Shown one piece after another: positions 15,201-28,066 of a DNA stretch of 64,000 bases. Numbering within the stretch: position 1 is the first letter of the stretch; each line of letters starts with the position of its first letter. Source of the stretch: Convolutriloba macropyga (Eukaryota); assembly GCF_964194025.1 (NCBI RefSeq), contig NC_134471.1:53568001-53632000 (forward strand), given 5' to 3'. The position numbers were made by a program, and so were the translations under genes. Under the pieces are notes generated by a model. It saw nothing but the letters and a program-made list of their open reading frames with translations. It ran no database searches and had not been told where the DNA came from.

Positions 15201-18200
15201 TCTCTCTTCTCTCATTCTGCTAAAAGTTATTTTGAACATCACTTGCTCAGCAAAGCAATTCAAAATGAACAGAGTCAGTATAAAAAATTGAAGTCAAGTA
15301 GAAACGGGATAAACCCATAAAGCCCAATTTTAGATGCCCGCTATTTGAACGTCGTTCCTATAAGTCTTAGTCACCATCTCTAATGCTTATTGGTATTGAT
15401 AGTTTCCCCTGTAGCCTCGCTCTGAGAAACAGAAGTACGTTATGTTCAACTACAAAATGCCATCAAAATAAATCAGACTTAAAAAATGTTTTTGTACAAA
15501 AATCTTTTTTTTTCAATATCTTCTATTCTTTCAATCCCAATCATGCTTATTGGAATCAACGGCGGCTATTTTCCGGCAATCTGCCGGGTATGTTTTTTCT
15601 TTGACAAAGCTTGACTGTCAATTCAAAGAGTGCTGCTAAATTTCAAAATTTATGCAATGCATGATATATATAAAACCTATATACCTAAATAAACACACTT
15701 AATAAGTAGCACAGAGGAAACTAGCCAACCTATATACGTAAATAAACACATTTAATAAGTAGCACAGAGGAATCTAGAAGTATGGATCGAAAGAAAGGCC
15801 TGAAGTTTTCAGCTATTTTGACCCAGAGGTTCTCCGAATTTTTCAGTGACATAAAATTACGGCAGCAGAATAATAAATTTTTAATAGCCGCCTTCATTTT
15901 CTCAGCTGTCTATTATAGTGCTCACATTTTTATCCAATTCAAAGAATTTGGATTGTATTGAGCGGCTGTCTTCTTTTATGACTGGAAGAGGAATATTGGT
16001 GGAGTATCTTTTTTGATAGGTAATTTTGTTGGAGTGTTTTCAATACAAGAGAGAGAGAGTGGTTTTCTGTTAATATCGCTAATTTGAGAGAGAGAGAGCG
16101 CTAACGAGAAAAGTAGGTGTAAAAAATTTTCACCGAGCGAACAAAATTTTTTTCACGTGAGGCTTTTTGAAAGCCGCATTTGAGTTATAACTCAAAGGTG
16201 TTTCTCTGCTTTCTAAATTGGTACTAGTTCGTTTGAAAGTTTTTTGACAACATGAAGCGAATTGTACACCTTTGGTGTCAATTTTGAGTTATTTTTATTC
16301 AATTTGAGCATTTTTTAAGCTTTTTCAGCAATTTTTGAGTTCTTATTCATTTTTTAATAGCATTTCGGGATTTGCTGTGGTTTAAATAATTTGCTTTAGC
16401 ACTTTTGGCTGTCTCATTTGATTGATTTTTTCCCGAGTTTTAAGAAAATCGAGTAAATTTGAGCATTTTTGCCAACTTTAGTTTTTTCTTGCTGACTTAT
16501 AATTTTATGGTTTTCGCTGCATTTTTGTTTGTTGAATTCCTAATTGAGAGCAACGTTTTGGGTGTTGATACTATGAAGTGACATTTGAAAGCTAGACAAG
16601 GCATTTCGCACTGAAATAAATAATACAAAATTCTAATTTCAGGTTTTTTTTTGCTTTTCTCTTGTTGCTTTATATTTCTCTCCAAAGTTTTGATATTTAT
16701 TAATAGCCGCACAGCGATAGCTGGGGCTATTTTTGGCCTTCTCTTAGTTTTTTTTATTTCGTCGCCATGATTGTTGTTACGACCATATGACGTCAGCCAC
16801 TTTTTGTTCATTCGTTCATGCAATTTCAACTGAATTGCATGTGTGACCTCATTTTTCGCTCTTAGTGGAGCGAGTTTTTTTGTTCATGCGCGTGATTAAA
16901 TTTTCGGTCACACTTGACTTACCTCACTCTCAAAAATGACTTCCTCACTTTGAAATTGACTTTTATTTACTTTAATTCAAAGAGATAAGGTCAAATGGGC
17001 GTGCGTCACTCTAAATGAAAGTTATTTGAGATCAGCCAATAGAGGCAGCAATAACTTATACAGATTTTTATTCAAAATATATCAGATCAGCCTTCAATGA
17101 AAAGACGAATTTTTTTGGTCTGTCTTTTTTACTGTTTTTTTAGACTGCCGATCTACGAATCTATTGCGGCTGTTTTCTGGCAATCTGTCAGCTATGTTTT
17201 TGTCCTTGGTCTTCAACTTCTTTCCTCTGTTTTTTCTTTACGACGTTGCTTTTTAAATTGTTATCTGTTTATGCAATATACCTATATTCATGTTTTAACA
17301 AGTCCTTTTTCAACAGTTCTCTTGGGGTCGCAATTTAAAGAAAAAACTATCAGATTCGTTTTCTGTTTTTGTCAGTTTTTTCAAGTTTTCCTGTTATTGT
17401 GTCTTTATGACAACGTTGCATTTTTTTCATTTGCTATCAGTTTATTGCAAAATACCTGTATTCATGTATTACAAAGTCTTTTCCAATAGTTCTCTTGAGG
17501 TCGCAACTTAAAGAACAGTTAATCAGATGCTTTTTCAGTTTTTGTCAGTTAACTCTCAATTTTTCCTGTTATTGTTTCAAAATGCTTAGTGGAGTGCTTA
17601 GTTTCTACTCTGAGTTTTTTCCGTAACCCTTCTGACTATGTTTTGTAGATCTGTTCACATATTTTCAAGTTTTTTTGACAACATGAAGCGAACTGTACAC
17701 CTTTGGTGTCAATTTTGAGTTATTTTTATTCAATTTGAGCATTTTTTAAGCTTTTTCAGCAATTTTTGAGTTCTTATTCATTTTTTAATAGCATTTCGGG
17801 ATTTGCTGTGGTTTAAATAATTTGCTTTAGCACTTTTGGCTGTCTCATTTGATTGATTTTTTCCCGAGTTTTAAGAAAATCGAGTAAATTTGAGCATTTT
17901 TGCCAACTTTAGTTTTTTCTTGCTGACTTATAATTTTATGGTTTTCGCTGCATTTTTTTTGTTGAATTCCTAATTGAGAGCAACGTTTTGGGTGTTGATA
18001 CTATGAAGTGACATTTGAAAGCTAGGCAAGGCATTTCGCACTGAAATAATAAATACAAAATTCTAATTTCAGGTTTTTTTGCTTTTCTCTTGTTGCTTTA
18101 TATTTCTCTCCAAAGTTTTGATATTTATTAATAGCCGCACAGCGATAGCTGGGGCTATTTTTGGCCTTCTCTTAGTTTTTTTTTATTTCGTCGTCATGAT

Positions 18201-21200
18201 TGTTGTTACGACCATATGACGTCAGCCACTTTTTGTTCATTCGTTCATGCAATTTCAACTGAATTGCATGTGTGACCTCATTTTTCGCTCTTAGTGGAGC
18301 GAGTTTTTTTGTTCATGCGCGTGATTAAATTTTCGGTCACACTTGACTTACCTCACTCTCAAAAATGACTTCCTCACTTTGAAATTGACTTTTATTTACT
18401 TTAATTCAAAGAGATAAGGTCAAATGGGCGTGCGTCACTCTAAATGAAAGTTATTTGAGATCAGCCAATAGAGGCAGCAATAACTTATACAGATTTTTAT
18501 TCAAAATATATCAGATCAGCCTTCAATGAAAAGACGAATTTTTTTGGTCTGTCTTTTTTACTGTTTTTTTAGACTGCCGATCTACGAATCTATTGCGGCT
18601 GTTTTCTGGCAATCTGTCAGCTATGTTTTTGTCCTTGGTCTTCAACTTCTTTCCTCTGTTTTTTCTTTACGACGTTGCTTTTTAGATTGTTATCTGTTTA
18701 TGCAATATACCTATATTCATGTTTTAACAAGTCCTTTTTCAACAGTTCTCTTGGGGTCGCAATTTAAAGAAAAAACTATCAGATGCGTTTTCTGTTTTTG
18801 TCAGTTTTTTCAAATTTTCCTGTTATTGTGTCTTTATGACAACGTTGCATTTTTTTCATTTGCTATCAGTTTATTGCAAAATACCTGTATTCATGTATTA
18901 CAAAGTCTTTTCCAATAGTTCTCTTGAGGTCGCAACTTAAAGAACAGTTAATCAGATGCTTTTTCAGTTTTTGTCAGTTAACTCTCAATTTTTCCTGTTA
19001 TTGTTTCAAAATGCTTAGTGGAGTGCTTAGTTTCTACTCTGAGTTTTTTCCGTAACCCTTCTGACTATGTTTTGTAGATCTGTTCACATATTTTCTTGAT
19101 TCTTGATGTCAAATTGCAGTGATGATTTTAGTCACGCCGAATCAGGAAACGGAGCAAAAACGCAAAAGTGGTTTTGTGACGTGTTATTTTTGGCTCTATT
19201 AAGTAGTGAGAAAATTGTGTTTAACTGAGTTTTGCTTTCTCTGAAATTATTGTTTTTTGTTTTTTTTGCGTGATTTTGACATTTTTACTGTTGAAATTTT
19301 TTTGTTTGCTGATTTTTTTCAAATTGCTTTTCCCAATCCATTCATAGTCCTTTTTAAGTCATTGTTTTTTATTGAGTCAATGAAAATTTGTTGTATATTA
19401 TCAGGACTTGTCCTGCTAGGTTTTTTTTACTTCTTCGAATAAAAATTTGTTTTGCGATACTCTAGTTCACAGCTTGAACTCTTGCAGATCATTTTGCTTT
19501 TTGATTTCTCTAGTCTAGTTTCCTTGTTCGCTCATTCTGCTCAAAGTTTTTTTGAAAAGCTTTAAACAGCAGTTGCTCAGCAAAACAGTCTGAAGTGAAC
19601 CGAATCAGTATCGAAAAACAAAATTAAAATAAAAACGAGAGGAAACCATGAAGCCCAATTTTAGATGCCAGCTACTTGAAGTTTGTTCTTGTAAGTCTTA
19701 GTTAACATATGTAATGCGTTTAAGCATTGATACTAGCGCATGCATCCTCTCATTAAGAGAGGAATTTGTATAACTACAAACCCAATCAAAATAGTTCGCG
19801 CTTTGAAAATGTTTTACAACAGTCACTTTTTATCATTGTTTTTCTTTTCCTTCAACCCCAATCGGTGTTATGGGAATCAATTGGGGCTATTTTCCGGCAA
19901 TCTGTCGGGTATCTTTAATTTTTTTGTAAAATAATCAGTGAAGCTCTTTGGAATGTTTGCTCCTTTGCAGAGCCACTTAACTCCTAAAAGATAAGTCATT
20001 TCATGCCCCGTAACATTGATCTCAAAAGAAGTTCGTATTGTTTAACCCTCGATACACTTCTGACCCTGACGACTGAGTTACTCAATCATTGCTTTGGTTG
20101 AATGGAGTTAAGAGTTCATCCAGCCAATTAATCCTGTCAAGGTCTACAGAAGGAAGTTGTATGGAGCGGTATAAACCGGAGATGAAAAAAGTGAATTGCG
20201 CTAGATGATGGCCGATTGTTAGAGCATATGCTAACAGCTGCTAATAAGCTCATCGACGTCAATTAGAAGTCGCAATGAGCATAGCTATTAAAACTCACTG
20301 TCGAACTTCATAAATAACTGAGGACTCTTTGAGAAAAAGACTGTCGATTTCTATCTGTTTCCAGATTCTTTAAATCTAGCGGCTAGATGGCTGTGTTCTA
20401 GTATTCTTTTGAATAACAGTAAAATAATGCACTGGATTTGTTTGCTCAATGAAATTCAGTAAATATTTCGAACAAACGTTTGAAGCATTAATTGTAAAAG
20501 TGTTGGTCTTTTTATGCAAATTTATGCTTGACCGTTTTGACTTTTCGAGTGACATTTACTACCTTGACTTTTTCGTTCTTGCGTGATCTAAATTTCTCAT
20601 GTCATTCACAAATGTTAGCAACTGAACTCAACTGGTGGCAGTTCACTACTGGAAGTCAGATGAAAGCTGCGCCGAAAATGATGTAATTTTTCACTTAAAA
20701 TTTTATTAGTTGTTATAGTGATATATAATAACCTCAATGAAATGGCGTCATTTGAAGCCCCCTTTGTGAATTTTTTTACTTAGATAACTAAGTGACTAAA
20801 TTGGGTTACTTAGTTGTTTGTTACTTAGTTTTTGAAACTTCGAAAAGAAACGCAATGTCGGGACGAGATGAACCGATCAAGCGCGTAGGTCTCAAGCAGT
20901 AGGTGGGTCAAAGTTCACAAGGAAACCCTTCAATTGAAAGTTCTACTAGGTTGATTGGCTCTGTATTTAGAAGCCGAGTTTAGGTTACTTTTGATAGCCA
21001 CCGTCAGCCTCTCAAACGGCTATTATTTAGGCGCTCTCCTTTTACAATTCAAAGAATTTGAATTATTGGGTCTATTTTTTAAAAATCTGTTCGCACATTT
21101 TCATGATTTTTGAAGTCAAATTGGAGTAGTGATTTTGGTCACGCCGAAACATGAAGTGGAGAGAAAAAGCGAGTGGTTTTGCAGCGTGAAATTTTTTACT

Positions 21201-24200
21201 CTAATTTTAAAGTAGACTGAGAAAACGGTGTTTGAACAAAAATTCGCTTTCTCGCTAGTGGTTTTTTGTTCACATGCGGCAATTTCACTTTGATTTGTAG
21301 TTTTCTTTCGATATTTTGGATCAGATGGTTTTTCCATTCCAGTCATAGTTCATTCTAGAACTAGTCTTTTATTTGAACCAAATTTCACATTCTGACTAGT
21401 GGTTTGTTGTTCAAATGCGGCATTTTGACATTGATTTTCTGTCTTTTTATTCTTTTTATGATTTTTTGGAAATAGTTTTCCCAACTCACTCATAGTCTTC
21501 TTTAGGTCTAGTTTTTTGATTAGTTAATGAAAATTCTTTGAATTATGCGTCAGGACTTGTCCTGCTATGTTTTTTTTTAATTCGCTTTACCTTTTGATCA
21601 CATTTTTCGTTTCACATAAGTCACGATTTTCCCATTCTTACTTCTGACTTAGTTCACTCGCTGTTTCAACTGAATGGATTTTAAATTCTTTCATGTATTG
21701 AATTACGCAATATTTCATGCATTGAATCAAAAGAGCAAAATCAAAAGTGTTGGGATAAACCGATAAAGCCCTGTCATTAAGTCATTGAGAATTAGCTTAT
21801 CAAAGTTCATTAGTGTTTGGTCGCTGACATTGGTATTAAGTTTATTAGCTTTCAGTTTAGAAGCTGAATTAAGTATAGTTTTCGAATCCAACCGAATCTA
21901 AGTGCCGAATTAGAACACTTTTTGACACTGAAAAAAAATAGAAAAAATTTTGATCAATTTATCTCTTCTTTTTTCTGTTTCAATCCCGATATTCATCAAG
22001 CGCGTCGACGGCGGCTGTTTTCCGGCAATCTGTCGGCTATGTTTTAATATAGATTTAATTTTATTCTTCTGAGTTCTGTTTTTTTTGTTGCAGAAAAGTT
22101 GGCTAACGCTTGCATAAAATAAGTAACTGTATCTTTTGTTAATTAGTTTTTTCTCTGGAATAATTTTTACCCAGAGTAATTTTCTGAAACCAGTGTTGTC
22201 TGTGAATTCCACTAGGAAGACCTTGAATGAGAGTTGAAAATTTTGTACTTACGAAGGGTAATTTTCTACTACCACACTTTTCTACTATATTCAATTAATT
22301 TAGGTTTTCGTATATTCAACTCAAGCCATTAATCGCTATTTTTTAATAGCCGCCATCAGCCTCTCAACGGCTATTATTTGGGCGCTCTCCTTTAAAAAAA
22401 ATGCTTTACCTTTTGATCACGTTTTTAACTTTACATAATTCACGGTTTTCACGTTTGACTTCTGACTCACTTCACTCATTGTTTCAACTGAATGGATTTT
22501 AAATTCTTTCACTCATTCAATTACGCGATGTGGTGAATACTGTCAAAGTCAAAAAATCAAAAGAGACAGGATAAACCGATAAAGTCCCGTCATTAAGTCA
22601 TTGAGAATGAGGTTATCAAAGTTCATTAGAGTGTTTGCTAGCTGGCATTGGTATTGAGCTTATTAGCTTTCAGTTTAGAAAGCTATGTACAGTTTGGAAT
22701 CCTACTGAAACTGCACGCCAAATTAGAACACTTTTAGAAACTGAAAAAAATCAGCGAATTTCTGTCTTCTTTTTTTTTCTTTTTCGAGCGCGTCAATGGC
22801 GTCTAATTTCCGGCAGTCTACCGGCTATATTTGACTTTCGTTTCAAACATTTACATGTTTTTGAATGTTGACTTCAACCACCATTCGGTTTCGTACTACC
22901 ATTTTTTTCCGAGAGTTTATTCGTCTGGCCATTTGACTTTTTGTTCTCAGAAAGAGAATAAACATGTAAAGCATTAAGTTCTCTTAGAGCTTCGCGGCTC
23001 ACTAGTTTCTATGTATGAGATTCACCGAAACCACCCCCTTAACACAACACAACGGCGTCTATTTTCCGGCAATCTGCCGGCTACGTTCGAAATTCTCAAC
23101 CTTTGTTTCGAACTAGAATATATCACAGATCGTCACTTTTTAATCCTTTTTTCTTTCGCCTATTTGAGCCCAATTGAGGTCAAGGATTCAATTGCGGTGT
23201 TTTTGGTGGTTTCGAACGACTGGTCTCTGTATACAAATCACAGAAGCTGCTGAGAAGACATTAAACATGGTATGAGGGATAGTTTTTGCGGTTTAAAACC
23301 ACACCGTGACGCCATCAGCATCTCGCGCTCCAACCCCCCTCACCCCGCCCTCCCACACACACACACGCGCGCGCGCACAAGAACATTCCACCCTAACCCC
23401 TGACCCTCGACCCCCACCCCGATAACCCCTCTCTCTCAATTAAGCCCCCTACCCTATTGCACCCACTTTTTCGCCAGCTAGCTACTGACGAAGCCAACAG
23501 GTTGCCAGTCATTTGAGAGTAATTGGTCCGACGTTAGGCGGTTATGTTTTAATCAATGCACTTTGCTTAGTTTAAGTAAGGTCTAAGCTTTCGCGAAGGT
23601 AATGAAGCTCGCCTTAAGTGAACACCAATTTTTAGCATGGCAGTACTTTTTAAAAAATTCTCGGACTTGTTTCATTTAAAAGCAGACATAAGATATAATT
23701 GGATTTTAAAGTTTTTTTGTCCTGCTAAGATATAATTTTCGTGGATGTAGACAGTTTTTCTAAAGTTTTTTTAAAAAAATTCAAGTTATATGCAAGTTAA
23801 GTCCTGGAGTGATTAACGGAAACCTAAGTATAAATGTGATAAAAATTGATGCAAAATATGGCGGTGTTAATTGAAGCAGTGGTAAAAAGGAATTAAGTTA
23901 CAGGTGATTGAAGTTATAGTGACGCACACCAGCTTTTTGTATGACTCATCATGCGTTCAATTTTTATTTTTAAGAGTCCTACGAGACAGAGTAATTCTTC
24001 CCCAGAAGTACGCTACCTTCCGTCAGGACCAGGAGCATCGCAGAACATGATGGGAATGCCAGCACCTTTAGAAAGTGGTAGCCCATTCAGACTACCAGGA
24101 CTATTCTCGTTAGTAAACACATCTATCGGAATGCCCATCGATATCGTGTTATGAGGACGGGCGTATACATCAGCTAGGTGATTACGTCGGATGGGAATCT

Positions 24201-25926
24201 TGCAGCTGAATTTAATTATTTAACTGTGTCTGCGTAAATAATTGATTAGGTGTAATTACTAGAAACAAAAATTTGAAGTCACTAAAGAGATGTTGCCAAA
24301 TTCAGTTTCTCAATTCAATTGGACTGCCTAAGTTGATATTTGACTAGAATGAGCATTCCAAGTTGTACAAAAAAACTTGTATTTTGAATTCCCTCTGTTA
24401 AATGGTTAATTGCTCTCAAACGAAGTTTGTAGCAATTATATTAGTCCTGTCGATCTTTTTTTTGCGATTTTTCGCTTGACTGATTTGTCGTCTGACGCTT
24501 TTGACTTTTCGTCCTCAAAAACGGGATGAACAGGTAGCTCCCAGTGGGCATTAAGTGCTCTTAGAGCCTTTCAGCTCTGTTTCAGCTCAAACTGTTTTGG
24601 AGGCTTATACTTAGGTTGTGAAGGGCGGTTCTTAGAGGTTGACGACACCCCCCACCGCGCAGTTTGTCCAAAATGTTTGTCATTTTTTGTGTTTTTTCAG
24701 CCCTATGTGTCAAGAAACATCCTCTAGGGTTTTATAATAGGCTACTGCATAGTTTCTAGTGGTAGTGGAATGGTTTCAACATTTTAACATCACGAATTTT
24801 AGGGTTCGAAAATAGGTACTGTTTAACTTCTAAATGTAATGAATTGTTTTTTCTGATTTCAACACCCCGAATTTCAGCGTTTTTTACAAAACTTGCAATT
24901 TTTAGATTTTTTTTAAAAACATTTATTGTCAGTTTATTATCGCTATTATCAGTTCTACTTCTAATTTTTTTGAAGTTTTTAAATTTTTTTGTCATTTTCT
25001 TGGTTTCTCCAACCTCAACAGCCACATTACCCCTTCTAGAGTTTGAGCTTAGGTTACTGCATAGCTTCTAGATGTAATGGAAGGTTTTTCAAGATTTTAA
25101 GATCAGCTATTTTTTGTTTGCAATTTCAAGTTTTTTGAATCTTGAGATTTGATCATTTTTTCCGTCACCAGGGTCCTAGGGACCTCCTCCAAGGCTTCTT
25201 GAAAAGCTGTCGCATAGTTTGTAGATTCATGGAATTGATATCAATATTTTAATGACTCCAGCTTTAGCACTTTTTTGATAAAATTTAATTTTAAGTTTTC
25301 GAATTATTATCATGTCCAAGTTTATGGATGTTTTTGAGTCAGTAAAACTAATTAAAGCTTGAAATAGTGATACTGGATATTCTCATAAGGCAATCAAATG
25401 GTTTTGAAGATTCTAATGTCTTGAATTTTATCAAGATTTTGTTAAAAATTGCGATTGTTTTCAAAATTTTTGATTGTTTTTGTCTTTTTCTGAGTTTAAC
25501 TATCATTACTGGCCAACGAAGTTTTTCAAGTCTTGCAGATGGGTTACTTGAAATAACTCAGGAGAGAAAAAATATTTTTGAACATTTTCACTGCGTGCGA
25601 AATCTGGAAGCTTCTCTTTTAAATTAAGCAATATTTTGCAAATTTTGCAAAGAGTCGAATCAAGCTAGCGCTAGGTTCAATAAACCGTGGCTAGCTGCTG
25701 ACGAAGCCAACTGCTCGCCGGTTGTTTGAGAGCAATTCTCCCAACGATAGTCGTTTATGTTTAATGGGTAAGGGTCTGAGGAACAAAACTGTTTCGCTCC
25801 TTCGTATTATAAAATGAACGTTTCAGAGGTCAAATGCCAAATTCATCAGCTGGTTCCTTCCACCACCCCTCTGCTGGTCCTGGTGACTTTCCAACTGAAG
25901 CTCCCGCATTTACAGTGGAACCTTGA
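3295..25926 (+). CDS. C21orf58-like DUF4587 domain protein, multi-exon
   Basis: Phase-consistent exons: 3295-3334, 5320-5525, 5709-5754, 5928-6016, 8332-8547, 13731-13908, 14695-14792, probable 14889-~14968 (donor uncertain), ~23975-24108, 25827-25926 (TGA). Peptides SSLDEQMKDNLAKLQLKLLQQKLQ, DVRLRNAMKDREKLLAELK and ELMEMMMMQNAQMNQTIMQQMMM match in order the human C21orf58 blocks AEQVTRLTLKLLGQKLEQ, ALQTALKRRRDLLQRLR and [24 protein letters not shown] (recalled). Confidence 0.75.
8767..11059 (+). mobile_element. HINE/DINE-1-like non-autonomous element, family B2 (long copy)
   Basis: 5' AATAGCCGC...GGCTATT foldback at 8767. 3' subterminal IR GCGGCTATT, hairpin CTGGCA-ATC-TGCCAG and CTATGTT at 11027-11059. 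The 3' ~440 bp is shared with 16750-17198 and the 5' part with 28873-29700. Confidence 0.7.
11491..11890 (+). mobile_element. HINE-like element, family A
   Basis: 5' hairpin AATTGCTCTTGAAC-GAA-GTTCATAGCAATT. 3' subTIR TCGTTCGAGAGCAATT followed by hairpin CCGAC-GTTTA-GTCGG and TTATGTT. Confidence 0.75.
15061..15594 (+). mobile_element. HINE-like element, family B (short internal-deletion derivative)
   Basis: 5' AATAGCCGCCCTCATCTTCTCAGCCAGCTATT. 3' GCGGCTATT-TT-CCGGCA-ATC-TGCCGG-GTATGTT. The body is near-identical to 27010-27497 and 60365-60793. Confidence 0.8.
15883..19915 (+). mobile_element. Family B HINE-like element interrupted by nested insertions
   Basis: The 5' end at 15883 matches the 26405 copy up to ~15975. 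The matching continuation (AGATCTGTTCACAT...GTCAAATTG...GTCACGCCGAA) resumes at ~19076. 3' hairpin at 19885-19915. Confidence 0.6.
16238..19096 (+). repeat. Head-to-tail tandem duplication, unit ~1429 bp, each unit containing a complete 0.5-kb family B2 element (16702-17198 and 18130-18627)
   Basis: Near-identical copies; the duplicated 130-aa spurious ORFs at 17097 and 18526 are offset by 1429 nt and differ by only a few substitutions. Confidence 0.95.
20993..23090 (+). mobile_element. Cluster of older family B HINE-like copies (about 20993-22045, 22344-22832, plus a 3' end at 23050-23088)
   Basis: Repeated ATAGCC...GGCTATT 5' foldbacks and TTCCGGCAATCTGYCGGCTAYGTT-type 3' ends, with a shared GGGATAAACCGATAAAG module. 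Confidence 0.65.
23330..23465. repeat. C-rich low-complexity tract with a (CA)n(CG)n microsatellite
   Basis: More than 12 CCC+ runs and CACACACACACACGCGCGCGCGCACA at ~23354-23379. Confidence 0.85.
24408..25761 (+). mobile_element. HINE-like element, family A (1.35 kb), in the last intron of the C21orf58-like gene
   Basis: 5' AATTGCTCTCAAAC-GAA-GTTTGTAGCAATT. 3' GTTTGAGAGCAATT, a degenerate hairpin and TTATGTT. Internal diverged repeats contain ACTGCATAGTTTCTAG. Confidence 0.7.
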
Positions 25927-26404
25927 GTTCAAAAACAAATGCACCTCAAAGTTCTCAGATAATTGCAGAAAAACAATAACAAGCAGTGATCATTGTACAT
26001 TGATTAGTCTAACTAGTTTGTTTCCTCCATTGGAGAGTAAATTGAATTTCGTCAAAATGACCTTTTCAACCTCTGAAAGCCGAGGTTGTCATGCATACCA
26101 TTCCGCGCCTCGGTCATGATTAATCAGCTATAATCGAAAACCATCCGTTGTTAAGCGTCTGAGGAAGTCATGTTTCCGTTTTGCTCAACAAAATAAACTT
26201 CGTGTTCTGTAGTAGTTCGGTCTATGTGATATTATGTAATGAAATGTCACAGATTATGACAAAATATCCTTCAGCTGATTTTCGCAGTCTTTGAAGTTCC
26301 AGAAACTTTGAAAAGTGTGTATAAGTGAATAAAAGGGTAGGTAGCCTGAAATATAATATGAATTCAATGAAATTGACCGATAGGTTGTTCGTATTTGTAT
26401 GTTT

Positions 26405-27497
26405 AATAGCCGCACTCATCTTCTCAGCTGGCTATTATAGCGCTCCTATTTTTTTTACAATTCAAAGAATTTGAATTGTATTGGGGCGCTGTCTTTTTTT
26501 TTAAGATCTGTTCACACATTTTCATGATTTTTGAAGTCAAATTGGAGTAGTGATTTTGGTCACGCCGAAACAGGAAATGGAGCGAAAAAGCGAGTGGTTT
26601 TGCGGCGTGAATTTTTTTCGCTCTAATTTTAAAGTAGTGAGAAAACGGTGTTTGAACAAAAATTCGGTTTCTCGGTAGTGGTTTTTTGTTCACACGCGGC
26701 AATTTCACTCTGATTTTTTACTGTTTTTTCGATTTTTTGGATCGGCTTTTTTCTAAATGGTTTTCCCAATCCATTCACAGCTCATTCTAGGCCTAGTTTT
26801 TTGTTTGAATTGAATTTTAATTTCTCGCTAGTGGTTTTTTGTTCACATGCGGAATTTTGACATTTTTTGTTTTTTTCTTATTTTGTTATCTGTTTTTTAA
26901 ATGGTTTTCTCAATTCACTCATAGTCCATTCTAGGTCTATTTTTTCTGTTTAGTCAATGAAAATTTTTTGAATAGTACGTCAGGACTTGTCCTGCTATGT
27001 TTTTTTACTTAGTCGAATAAAAAAAATGTTTCGCTTTACCTCATTTTGCCGCTTTTTCAACATTTTGCGTGAAATCTTTTTGACTTCTCTCGGCTAGTTT
27101 CCCTCTTCTCTCATTCTGCTAAAAGTGATTTTGAACATCAGTTGCTCAGCAAAGCAATACAAAATGAACAGAGTCAGTATAAAAAATTGAAGTCAGAAGT
27201 AGAAACGGGATAAACCCATAAAGCCCAATTTTAGATGCCCGCTATTTGAACGTCGTTCCTATACGTCTTAGTTACCATCTCTAATGCTTATTGGTATTGA
27301 TAGTAGCCCCTGTAGCCTCTCTCTAAGAAACAGAAGTACGTTATCTTCAACTACGAAATGCCATCAAAATAAATCGGACTTAAAAAAATATATTTGTACA
27401 AAAATCTATTTTTTTTCAATATCTTCTATTCTTTCAATCCCAATCATGCTTATTGGAATCAACGGCGGCTATTTTCCGGCAATTTGCCGGGTATGTT
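26405..27497 (+). mobile_element. HINE-like element, family B (1.1 kb)
   Basis: 5' AATAGCCGC...TGGCTATT foldback; 3' GCGGCTATT + CCGGCA-ATT-TGCCGG + GTATGTT. Confidence 0.8.
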
Positions 27498-28066
27498 TCT
27501 TGATGTTAACATCAACCTTATCAAGTTAAATTGTGATGTTCTATCATATAATATTTGTTCATGATAGCTTAGTTCACATTTTAGAAAGGCCCAGCAGACC
27601 GGTGGTAGTCCTGTTGAGCTCTATAATAATTTAGCTTCTCGCATCTCGAATTGTGCATCCATAAGAAGGTATTCCAAAACAACCACCAACACAGTCACTA
27701 TATGATTGTTTATCGCATTACTAAGCCTCTGACACTTATTTCATGCCTTCGTATTTTATATACGTGTGTCATACAAATTATAGGCCGAAAGAACGGGATA
27801 AATCGGTAAATCCCAAGTTCTGATATTGAACGTTTTACATTGCTTTTCCCAGTGTTCGGTTAAATCTAGCGAATCGAAGGTTCGCCAGATTTGTTCCTCA
27901 ATCTAAACAGATGTTTTGGGGTCTTACGAGTGGAAAACAAAGTATTTTCTTAAATGCATTTGATCATACTTACAATCGGTAACCTTGCACTTGTTTTTCA
28001 GATTGGTTTTAACCTATGATGATTGTCAATTTAAACTTGAATCTGTCCTGGTGACGTATAACAAAC

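Noticed and set aside
15673-15772. ~55-bp local tandem duplication
   Set aside because: An ordinary slippage-type duplication with no functional signal.
17097-18918. Two near-identical 130-aa hydrophobic ORFs
   Set aside because: Phe/Leu-rich translation of T-rich repeat DNA inside the tandem duplication; they cross an element terminus and have no domain.
23390-23410. Telomeric CCCTAA repeat
   Set aside because: Only one exact unit, within a general C-rich tract.
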